From the NCBI GenBank assembly GCA_977017645.1, contig OZ360231.1, forward strand, positions 868,001-932,000: a stretch of DNA of 64,000 bases, read 5' to 3'. The notes beneath the pieces are model-generated. The model did no database searches. It worked only from the letters and a program-made list of their open reading frames with translations, and had not been told where the DNA came from. Position 1 is the stretch's first letter, and every line of letters begins with the position of its first letter. Both the position numbers and the translations under genes were made by a program. Positions 24,001 to 35,000 of this stretch are shown here, piece by piece. This stretch comes from Torpedo marmorata (taxonomy: Eukaryota).

Positions 24001-27000
24001 GTTCGCCTTTGCTCTCCGAAGGGAGTTCTGTGGGATTCTCTCTCACTGCTCCCCATCTGCAACCCCTGCTGCTCTCAAGCTCTACGACCATGTACTCACC
24101 CAGACTCGATTCCACAGCCACGTTGCCTTCCTTGCTATTTGCCTCCGTCGTCATCTTGTGCCTCGTGGTTTCCAGCTTCGATTCCAGGCCTCGCAGTTTG
24201 GCGCCAGCAAGGACCTCAGGTACCTCCATAACATCAACTGCTGCTCTCTCCGCTTCTCCCAAAGACTCCTCCGCACCACCCTCACCTCGATGCGGAGATA
24301 CCAGTGGAAACTCGCCCTCTCCCTGCCACAGCTCCGGACCTCGCTGGCCATGGCCTGCAACGGACCCCTCCTATACTACATCCGCCGCCGGATCCACGCG
24401 TTCAACCGCCGGCTCTACACCTACCTGGCGTCCATCAAGAACCGTAAGCTTGCATCCCTTGAAACTGCAGCCTCTGCTACCCTCCACGTGGATCCCCATC
24501 TCGGCCCCGGCCGCCTGCCCTCCGGAGGTCCCAACGCCGCGTCCGCCGATCCGATCCCTGGTCCCAGCCTCCGACTCACCGGAGCTCCCCACGCCGCAGC
24601 CGCCGACCCGAACCTGGACCCCGGCCGCCGACTTACCGGAGCTTCCAACGCGACGGCTGCCGACCCGACCCTGGACCCCGGCCGCCGACTTACCGGAGCT
24701 CCCAACGCCGCAGCCGCCGACCCGAACCTGGACCCCGGCCGCCGACTTACCGGAGCTCCCTACGCCGCAGCCGCCAACCCGATCCCTGGTCCCGGCCGCT
24801 GACTTACCGGAGCTCCCAACGCCGCAGCTGCCGACCCGAACCTGGACCCCGGCCGCCGACTTACCGGAGCTCCCAACGCCGCAGCCGCCGACTTGATCCC
24901 TGGTCCCGGCCGCCGACTCACCGGAGCTCCCAACGCAATGGCCGCCGACCTGACCCTGGACCCCGGCCGCCGACTCACCGGAGCTCCCAACGCTGCAGCT
25001 GCCGACCCGACCCTGGACCCCGGCCGCCGACTCACTAGAGCTCCCAACGCCGCAGCCGCCTGCTCCTATCCGCGCCCCGGGCGCCGACACGATGGTACTC
25101 CCGAAGCTACGGCCGCCAACCCCAGCCCGGACCCTGAGCCTCTACTCACCAGAGTTCCCGATGCCTCCACTGCCGACTCCCGACACAGACTGTTACCTGC
25201 TGGAGCCTCCCACGCTGACTGCCACTGGAGTCCTCACCTCGCAACAAGATCCCACTTACCTATCCCCCTCACTACTCCTTCCCTCTCCTCCTGCACCTCT
25301 CCCTACTCCACCCCCATCTCCCCCTCTCTGCCCCACTCTCCTCCCCAACCCTCAGACCTCATCCCTTCCCTTCCCTCCATCCCCCCCCTCTCTCTGGCTA
25401 CCCTCCCTACCCCACTCTCCCACCCTCCTACCTCCCCTAGCCCCCACCTCCCCCCTCCGACCCCCCTCCCCCTCCCTCCAACCTCCCCCACCCTCCACCT
25501 CCCCCCTCTGACCTCCCCAACCCTCCCCCTCCCCCCAACACCCTCCACAACACCGATCCCCACTCTAACACCTGCTTGGTTTTTGCTATCCCCTCCGACC
25601 TTCCCCTCTCTGAGACGGAGCACTCCGTCCTCAGTAGAGGCCTCACCTTCGTCCCCCTCCGCCAACACCTCAACGAGTTCCGCGCACGCCATGATGCCGA
25701 ACTCTTCTTCCATCGCCTCCGCATCCGTGCTCACTTCCATGACCGTGACTCTCCACCCCCCCACCCAAGACCCTTTCTCCCGCTTCAAGCCTTCTTCCTC
25801 TTCCTGGACACCTCACCCTGGCCAGCTGTCCGCTCTGGACCTTTTTATTTCCAACTGCCGCCGAGACATCAACCGTCTCAACTTCACCACCCCCCTCTCG
25901 TATTCCAACCTCACCTCCTCAGAACACTCTGCCCTCCACTCTCTCCGCAACAATCCCAACCTCACCATCAAACCCGCAGACAAGGGCGGTGCGGTTGTGG
26001 TCTGGCGCACTGACCTCTACCTTGCCGAGGCCAGTCGACAACTCTCAGACACCTCCTCCTACTGACCCCTCCCACAGGACCCCACCACAGCACATCAAGC
26101 CACTGTCTCCAACACCATCTCCGACCTCATCACCTACGGCCACCTCCCCTCCACGGCCACCAACCTCATTCTCCACCCCCGCACTGCCCGTTTCTACCTT
26201 CTACCCAAGATACACAAACCCAACCATCCGGGCAGACCCATTGTTTCTGCCTGCTCCTGCCCCACTGAACTAGTTTCATCTTACCTTGACTCCATCTTTT
26301 CTCCCCAGGTCCAATCCCTCCCCACCTACATCCGTGACACCTCACATGCCCTCCATCTCCTCAATGACTTCAGATTCCCTGAACCGAACCGCATCATCTT
26401 CACCATGGATGTCCAATCCCTTTATACCTCTATCCCCCACACAGAAGGTCTGAAAGCACTTCGCTTCTTCCTGGACCAAAGACCCGACCAGTCACCCTCT
26501 ACCACCACCCTCCTCCGCCTGGCAGAACTTGTCCTCACTCTCAATAACTTCTCCTTCAACTCATCCCACTTCCTCCAAATCAAAGGAGTAGCCATGGGTA
26601 CCCGCATGGGTCCCAGCTACGCCTGCCTGTTTGTGGGCTTTGTGGAGCAATCCATGCTGCAAGCCTACACAGGCAAGACCCCTCATCTCTTCCTCCATTA
26701 TATCGACGACTACATCGGGGCTGCCTCATGCACCCGCGATGAGCTTGTCAACTTCATCCACTTCACATCCAACTTTCACCACAATCTCAAACTCACCTGG
26801 TCCATCTCCGATAACACTCTCCCCTTCCTGGATCTCTCTGTCTCCATCTCGGGAGACAAGCTTTCCACCGACATTTACTACAAACCCTCCAACTCCCACA
26901 ACTATCTGGACTACACATCCTCACACCCTGTCCCCTGCAAGGACTCCATCCCCTTCTCTCAATTTCTCCGCCTCCGCCGCATCTGTTCCCAAGATGAGGT

Positions 27001-27720
27001 GTTGCACTCCAGATCTTCTGAAATGTTTGCCTTTTTCCACAAACGTGGCTTCCCCTCCACCACCATCAACTCAGCCCTCACCCGCACCTTCTCCATTTCC
27101 CGCTCATCTTCCCCCAGACGTAACAAACATAGAATCCCCCTCATCCTCACCTACCACCCCACCAGCCTCCGCATCCAACACATTATCTGCCAGAATTTCC
27201 GGCACTTACTACAGGATCCCACCACCAGACACATTTTTCCTTCTCCTCCCCTCTCGGCCTTCCGTAGGGACCGCTCCCTCTGCGATTCACTCGTGCACTC
27301 ATCCCTCCCCACCCATCGCACCCCCGGCACCATCCCCTGTGCCCGCAGGAGGTGCAACACCTGCGCCCACACCTCCCCCCTCACCACGGTCCAGGGCCCC
27401 AAACAGGCCTTCCAAGTGAAACTACACTTCACTTGTACATCCAGAGAACTTATTTACTGCATCCGGTGCTCCCTTTGTGGCTTTCTCTACATTGGAGAGA
27501 CCGGTCGTAGATTGGGAGACCGCTTTGCTGAGCACCTCCTCTCCGTCCACAACAACAGCGACCTCCCAGTAGCTAACCATTTCATTCCGGGTCACACTCC
27601 CACACTCACATGTCTGTCCATGGCCTCATGTACTATCCCACCCAGACTACCCGCAAATTGGAGGAACAACATCTCATATTCCGTCTCGGCACTCTCCAGC
27701 CAGATGGCATTAACATTGAC
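24001..27720 (+). pseudogene. Disrupted PLE ORF: N-terminal region, repeats, reverse transcriptase, Cys linker, GIY-YIG endonuclease
   Basis: VLSRGLTFVP, KPADKGG, MDVQSLYTSIPH, GVAMGTRMGPSYA, YIDD, LPFLD, SIPFSQFLRLRRICS, PCARRRCNTCAH, LIYCIRCSLCGFLYIGETGRRLGDRFAEH. TGA stops at 24800 and 26063 plus several frameshifts. Confidence 0.9.
24500..25140 (+). repeat. 57-bp GC-rich coding tandem repeat, about 10-11 units (PGRRLTGAPNAAAADPNLD)
   Basis: The unit CCCGGCCGCCGACTTACCGGAGCTCCCAACGCCGCAGCCGCCGACCCGAACCTGGAC recurs every 57 nt, in frame with the PLE ORF. Confidence 0.92.
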
Positions 27721-27920
27721 TTTTCTGCTTTCCACTAAACCTGCTTGTCGTTCCCATCCCCTCCCCCCTCACCTGTCCTTCCTGTTTTTCTCCAGCTACC
27801 TAGCCATCCCTCCTCCCCCTCTTTGCTGCTGTCCCCTCCCTCCTTTCTCCACTTATCATCTCCTGCCTTTGCCATCCCCCTTCCCCCTCACTCTTTTGTT
27901 CGGACGCCTACCGGCATTTT

Positions 27921-27966
27921 CTATTACTTTGATGAAGGGCTCAAGCCCGAAACGTCGGTTATGTAT
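27921..27966 (+). ncRNA. Minimal type I hammerhead-ribozyme-like motif in the PLE 3' terminus
   Basis: TTGATGA (27929-27935), A, helix II GGGC/GCCC with TCAA loop, GAAA (27949-27952), CGTC. PLE termini are known to carry minimal hammerheads. Confidence 0.65.
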
Positions 27967-30561
27967 TTCTACCTTTGCTACATAAAGGACACTGTTTGAC
28001 CTGCTGAGTTTCTCCAGCATTTGTGTTTTTTTCTACCTAAAATTAGATTGCTGCAGGCAGTGAGCTTTTTGAGCGCACAGAGTGGATACACAAAAGCTGA
28101 GCACATGCAGTGAAGTTGAAATGATGTACTGTACATGACATGTTGTGTTCATTTCCCTTCTATGCTAATATCCATACAAACCCCAATCACCTCCAGTCAT
28201 CCAAGACCACCACCCATCAACTGATCCCCAATCCTTCCTCTGTTGATACAATCTTCCACTCATTTTTACAAACCACACAATAGAATTTTTGTCCAATCTG
28301 GGAGTGCATTCTGTATTTTTCATCATGTTTCTCCAGGCTAACGATGCAGATACACAAAATGGTGTCAAATGGAACTCAGCACTCTATTGGCACTACTTGC
28401 ATGAAATTCTACGATTTGTGTACAAATGATGAAGAGTACAAGTCTTGAGACATTAACCTTCCTTGAGGTAGGTTCCTCTGAGTTTTCAGTGCCGATCATC
28501 ATACACTCGCTTGACCAATGCCGGTTCAAAGTCTTCCCCTTGAGTTTCCTTGCCAACTAACCCACTGATCAATCCCCTTACCTCCAACGGTTAACCCCCT
28601 CCAGTCATCTGTTCTTCTTGGGATTCGTTCCCACTGGCAATCTTTCTGTAACACTTCTGTTCTCATCTAATCCACATCCCAATGCATTTCCTCCATGATA
28701 TCCTCTGCAATGCTACAAGAATGCAGAGGAAAGGCCTTTCAGTGCACTTACACACGTACAGTATATTCTACAAACACAGCAAACAAGATTAGTCTCTGCA
28801 CCCAGATCATTTATGTAAGATACAGTAGCTGACCAACCATAAACTTCCTTCATCCAGTATTGCATCTTAATTAGAAATGTCTTTTGATTTTATCTGTTAC
28901 TGAATATGTTCACCCCATATTAAGGAAGGAAAGAGCAGACAGTGGTCACAGTTTTATAACCCCGTCCTGATCGATGCTACCTCATCCTTGGAAGCAAAGT
29001 TAAAGCTCCGCATCTGCCTGTCGGAACATCCCGGTATTCTCAGCGGAAATTTGCAGTCTGATATTACACCAGGAAATCTGGCTTGACCTTCCTTGATGAA
29101 TTTTGCTTCCAGTACATGAGAGAAGATCTTGGCATCGGACTTTATCTGATGGTTTCCCAGATAGGATTTTGTTACAGTAATCCAGTATCACTTGTCCTCT
29201 CATCAGACTTTACTGAACATCACCTTGTGAAAGATGGCATAGATCAGCATGGGGACAGATCAATACACTTGATATAGCTCACGTGGAATGTGGCAGTGAG
29301 ATTTATCAGCCTCCACATGTTGGGTTGATCAAGAAACTAAAGCCCCATAGGATTCAAGGAAAATTGGAAAAAAGATTATAAAAATAGTTCAATCACTACA
29401 GGGAAAAGTCAATGAGAGTTTTGGAGATGTGACAGCTATGTGCATGGGGTTAATGGGACAAGATCTAACATTCCTCACTTAATATGAACATTTGTAGGGG
29501 CTATGAATAAGAAGCTTCCTGATAATGCCAAGATTGGAATGTAATGATCGAGGAAGAAGGTTGTTGGCTACAAGAAGGTACCAGGAGCCAAGTTAGATAT
29601 GCCCAGGAATATCAATCAAAAGTCAATCTGGAGGTGTGTGAGCTGGTCCATTTGTGAGATCAAACCCAGAAAATTGCTGTGATCAATTTTGCTTTGAGTT
29701 CAAATCACCATAACTGTAACAGTTATTGATGTTCGATAAGAACTTGTATTCTAGATAATTCCAGAACTTAGAGGGCATGGGTTGAGGTGAGAGGGAAGAA
29801 ATTTAAGAGGGACCAAAGGGGCAACTTTTTCACTCACAGAGTAGTCCATATCTGGGACAAGCTGACAGAGAAAGCTCTAGAAATGGGTATGATTTCAACA
29901 TTCAAAAAACTTAGATTCAAGATTCCTTTATTATCATGTACACAAAATACACAAAATTTGTTTTCCTTTGCCCTGTAAAGGCACATAGAGGTGCCACTAG
30001 ACCAATGGAATGGTTGGGCTGATGTGGGGTCTGTACCTGGAGAGTGTCTGGGCTGACATCAGAATAACCAGGGGAATAGGTCCACTTCACAATCTGTCCT
30101 GGGCTTGGCTAAAATGGGCATTTTTAAAGTCCAGGCAGTGGAGCCAACTGCTGGCCCTATTTCAAGGTCATGGTCATGTGAGGGAGATGGAGAACCTGGC
30201 GTTAGCCATATTATTGGTGGCTTTGGAGGGCCGGTGGGAATTGTGGGGGCTAGAGTGGATTCTGAACAACGTTTTGTATTGTTATCGGTATCATTCCAGA
30301 GTCAACCTCAATCTATATTGTCCCGTCACATTCTCCCTGCACAGGTGAGGAAAAAAATGGCACATTTATTTGACCAGTTCCTGCCACATCTAAATTTTGA
30401 GGGATAATCAAACTTTTACCGTAAATTAAATCAAATTACCAACAAAGTTTACTGAACTATATTCAGGGTTGTTTTATTGGGCATATCTCGATGTTTTTTT
30501 CATAGAACTGGGTGTTGTAATCAAGTTTGCTATTTGTTCAAATAACCATTTAACTATAATA

Positions 30562-30808
30562 AAAAACACAAAAGCTGGAGAACTCAGCAGGTCAAACAGT
30601 GTCTTTTATGTAGCAAAGGAAGAAATACATAACCGACGTTTCGGGCTTGAGCCCTTCTTCAAAGTACTTTGAAGAAGGGCTCAAGCCCGAAACGTCGGTT
30701 ATGTATTTCTTCCTTTGCTACATAAAAGACACTGTTTGACCTGCTGAGTTCTCCAGCTTTTGTGTTTTTTACTCTAACCACGGTGTCTACAGATTTTCAT
30801 GTTTACTT
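30562..30808. mobile_element. Palindromic non-autonomous PLE-terminus element
   Basis: Perfect spacerless inverted repeat 30560-30665 / 30666-30771 plus a one-sided ~37-nt tail. 14-bp TSD ATTTAACTATAATA at 30548-30561 and 30809-30822. Confidence 0.92.
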
Positions 30809-31099
30809 ATTTAACTATAATAGATACATCCTGTGTATTCAAGATGCAGTATTAATGGGTAGAGAATATCAAGAACAGGGTATTGAATATGGATGACCAT
30901 CCATAATCAGATTGAATGGTGGCGCAGGCTGGAATGGCTACTCCTGCTCCTACTTTCTACGTTTCTATTGGGACAACCCCTTCCTAACAGTAAATAGATC
31001 TTACCGAATTATAATAAAACATTTAGGTTGTGCAGAAAGAATTGCATAAGATTGGCCATAATTGCTGACATGAGGCTGAGGAAGTGTGGTAAATTTTAA

Positions 31100-31430
31100 A
31101 AATAGTAGTTGTCAAAATTAGTTATTGAATCTGGAATTTGTCCAAGATATTCTGTATGATGCTGTATGGCTGACGATAGGAGGTGCTATACGAAAGGGCC
31201 AGTCATCCAGTAGCAAAATTTTGTCTCTGTTTAGTTTATGCAAGATTTGTGTTTTGATTCTGTGTTAATGTGTCCTGCCCTCTGAGAGTTTATGCATGAT
31301 CTATTGGTAATTTTATGGGCCATAGGGAATGCGGTGAACTGCCTTAGGAGTTTCTCGACAAGTCGGTCGTACTCTCTGGGAAACAATCTGTCAAAATGAT
31401 GTACAGACTTCCTTTTATAGTTAACCACAA
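31100..31430 (-). mobile_element. Possible ancient L1 ORF1 remnant
   Basis: Broken frames give LVEKLLRQF, LPIDHA*TLR (like IDRAHR) and KTQILHKLNRDKILLLDDWPFRI, in the order expected for L1 ORF1. Confidence 0.35.
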
Positions 31431-31789
31431 GACCAGAATAATTTTAGTACATATGTGCTTATGTTTGGGAGTTGGAAAGAATTAAAAAGTCCATTGAAAG
31501 ATGGGATACAATAGGCATGAATATGGAACAGACATTTGGGGCATTGTGGAACAAAATACATAGAGTGCCCTTAGGAACAATTTTGTCTCGCTCTACCTGG
31601 TGGGTAAGATCATAATTCCCATGAACACTTATTGAAATTCACATCTACCACCTCAGCTGACATTTGTTTACACTAGCTGGCTCATAGGATGTAAATGAGA
31701 CCCAGAAATTAAAACAAACTGGGCCTCAAACTGAAGCTTGCCCATGCTCTTGCCTTCAAAAACTAACCCCTAATTAAAGTTATGCTCAT

Positions 31790-31950
31790 TGAGAAGCAGA
31801 GAAACTGCAGGTGCTGGAAATCTGAAATAAAGCAGAAATACTGCCTCCCCTGTTCTGATGAAGAGACATCAACCTGAAATGTTAACTCTGTTTCTCTCAA
31901 CATTGATGCTGCCTGACTTGCTGAATATCTCCATTTTCTATTTTTATTTT
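31790..31950. mobile_element. Old PLE-terminus remnant with canonical CTGATGA hammerhead box
   Basis: CTGATGAAGAGACATCAACCTGAAATGTT at 31855-31883, flanked by degenerate inverted TGCTG motifs. Confidence 0.55.
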
Positions 31951-32087
31951 TAAAGTGACTTTTTTCTATTTCTATTTTAAATTTGACCCACTGCCCTGCC
32001 TCACCCCATTCTACCACCAGCACTATATGTGGCACAAAATTGTTGATCACAGGATCCTATCCCTCCTTCGACTACCATATTGCTTCT

Positions 32088-35000
32088 TTTTTAAAATATA
32101 TTTTTTAAATATTTTATTTAAAATTATTAAATCACAGAATACATAATATAAAATGCAAAATTATCAAAATACATGTGATACATTTTCACCCCCCCTCCCT
32201 CCCTCCCCTCCCTAACCTTCCCACCCCTACTAATCTACTAAAATAGAAAAGAAAGAAAGAAATAAAGAAAGAAAAAGATAGAGTAAGGAGAATGTCAATC
32301 TAAAAAAGAACAACTATAAGCTGATTTTATTGTTGAAGATAGGTTCGCCAGTCAGATCTGATATCCAGAGATCTTCAAATCTTTAAACCAACAGTTTTTA
32401 TATATGGGCTCCATATTTTCAAAAAGAAATGATATTTATTACGTAAATTATAAGTAATTTTTTCAAGTGGTATACATGAACGAAGTTCTGCATGCCATCT
32501 TTCTAACCCTAAATCTATATCAGATTTCCAAGTAATAGCAATGCATTTCTTAGAAACAGCTAAAGCAATTCGCAAAAATTCTATTTGATACATATTTAAT
32601 TTCATCTTAATACTAATTCTTTTAATATCTCCAAACAAAAATATCATAGGGTCCATTAGAAGTGTAATACTTAATACTTTGTCTAAAAATGTTTTAACTT
32701 TCAACCAAAAATCATATATCTTTGGACAGAACCATGTAGAATGTACAAAAGAACCTTCCTCTCTATTACATCTAAAACATAAACCTGATAATGTCGGATT
32801 AAATTTCTTTAATTTATTAGGTGTTAGATATAATTGATGAAAAAAATTATATTGCACTAACCTATATCTAATGTTAATAATCTTCGTCATACTTTGTTTA
32901 CATAATTCTTTCCAATGTTCTTCACCTATACATTGAGATCTGATTCCCATTTTAATCTTGATTTATGAACTCCTAATTTAGGCATTTTTCTCTGTAACAA
33001 TCTATACATTTGAGAAATAAATTTATTTACACCTCCATTAGTAACTAATAATTCCAGTTCACTTTGTCTTGGTAAAGTCAAACTATAACCCAACCTTTCA
33101 ACTAAAAATGCTCTGATTTGATAATAAGCAAAAAGTGTATTATTTAATATATTAAACTTTTCTTTCATTCTTTGAAAAGTAATAAATTTACTAGCTTCAA
33201 AACAATCATTTATTTTCTTAATTTCCTTTTGGAACCAAATTTTAAATAATTGATTATCAACAGTAAATGGAATGTTTATTTTGATATAAAGGCATTTTTC
33301 GAGAAATTAACCCTTTCCCTCCTATCTCCCTATCCACTCTATTCCATATTTCTAACAAATGTTTAAAAATAGGAGAATTTTTCCCTCTTGTTAATAATAA
33401 TTTAGAATTCCATTTATAAATAACTTTTTCTTTCAAATCTTCTCCTATATTATTTAATTCTATTCTAATCCAAGCAGAAGATTTTCCTAAATCAAACATT
33501 TCATTAACAAATTTTAATTGAGCTGCTTTATAATAATTTTGAAAATTGGGAAGTTGTAAACTACCCATTTCATAATTCCAAGTTAATTTCTCCATACCTA
33601 CTCTAGCCAACTTTCCTTTCCACAAAAACTTCTTAATAATTAAATTTAAACCTTTTTGAGGAATTTCATAAGGAATTGATTAAAAAAGATATTGAATTCT
33701 TGGAAAAACATTCATTTTAATACAGTTTACCCTTCCTATTAAAGTTATAGGTAAATCCTTCCAACTTTCTAGATCTTTTTTAATATTCATAAATGATGGT
33801 AAATAATTTAGTTTATATAAATTAGCTAATTTTGTATCAATCTTTATTCCCAAATACTTAATTCCTTCCTTTGATCATTTAAATTGTGTAATTTCTTTAT
33901 ATTTATTATAATCCCCTTGTGTCAATGCCATAATTTCACTTTTATCAGAATTAAGCTTATAACCAGATATTTCCCCGTATTCTCTCAATAAAACATTCAA
34001 TTGTATTAAAGAAGTAATAGGTTTTGTCATATAGATCAATACATCATCTGCAAATAAACTAATTTTATGCTCTTCTCTTCCAACTTTAATACCTGCAATC
34101 TTAATATCTTGTCTAATTAATTCTGACAAAGGTTCTATTGCTAAAATAAACAATGCTGCCGACAAAGGACATCCTTGTCTGGTTGACCTAGTCAAAGAAA
34201 ATTTTGAAGAAATGTGTCCATTTGTCACCACTCCAGCAGAAGGTTCTTTATATATAGTTTTAATCCAATTAATAAATGTAGTTCCAAAACCAAATTTCCC
34301 CAATACTTTAAATAAATAATTCCACTCTAATCTGTCGAAAGCCTTTTTGGCATCTAATGTTAATACTAATGCTAATTCCTCTTTTTTTGTGCCACATTTA
34401 TTAAACTAATTAATCTAGCTATATTATCTTTTGAATATCTATTCTTAATAAAGCCAGCTTGATCTACATGGATTAAGTCTGGTAAATATTTAGCCACTCT
34501 ATTTGCTAAAATTTTTGCCATTATCTTATAATCCACATTTAACAATGAAATTGGTCTATATGATTCTGTTTTCAATACATCTCTATCTTTTTTAGGTATA
34601 ACTGTAATTATTGCATTTGAAAATGTTTCTGGTAGCGAATGAGTTTCCGTTATTTGTTTCAACACCTCCATGTATGGAGGTATCAATAAATTATTAAACT
34701 CCTTATAAAATTCTGATGGGAAACCATCCTCCCCTGGAGATTTTCCACTCGTTAAAGAACTAAGAACATCATTAACTTCCCTCATCAAAAACGACAAATC
34801 TAAAAGTTCTTTACTTTGAGTATTTAATCTAGGTATCTTAATTTTAGATAGAATTTAATTAATTTTAGAATCATCTTTATCAGTTTGAGATTTATATAAA
34901 TTTAAATAAAATTTAATTAAAAAAGATTTAGAAAGTTGGAAGGACTTACCTGTAACTTTAATAGGAAGGGTAAACTGTATTAAAATGAATGTCTTTCCAA

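Larger units (their letters stand above)
23609..28030 (+). mobile_element. Near full-length Penelope-like element (Neptune-type) with inverted 5' terminal arm
   Basis: 15-bp TSD TTCTACCTAAAATTA at 23594-23608 and 28031-28045. 23642-24000 is the reverse complement of 27679-28030. The ORF has KPADKGGAVVVW, RT motifs, a Cys linker and GIY-YIG. Confidence 0.95.

Noticed and set aside
24500-25140. 57-bp repeat array as a CRISPR-like array
   Set aside because: Head-to-tail units have no unique spacers, lie in frame in a retroelement ORF, and sit in a eukaryotic context with no cas genes.
24798-26065. In-frame TGA codons in the PLE ORF as selenocysteine (as in Naiad PLEs)
   Set aside because: The TGA at 24800 corresponds to CGA in the neighbouring repeat units (CpG decay), neither site is at an evident Cys position, and the ORF also has frameshifts.
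23609-28030. DNA transposon or LTR element suggested by the long terminal inverted repeats
   Set aside because: It encodes a PLE-type RT and GIY-YIG, with no DDE transposase or integrase. The arms are asymmetric and one is simply an inverted copy of the 3' end.
28920-29190. ~90-codon stop-free minus-strand frame (..DCKFPLRIPGCSDRQMRSFNFASKDE..) as an exon
   Set aside because: Weak splice signals, no recognisable homology, and it adjoins decayed CR1 sequence. Likely chance.
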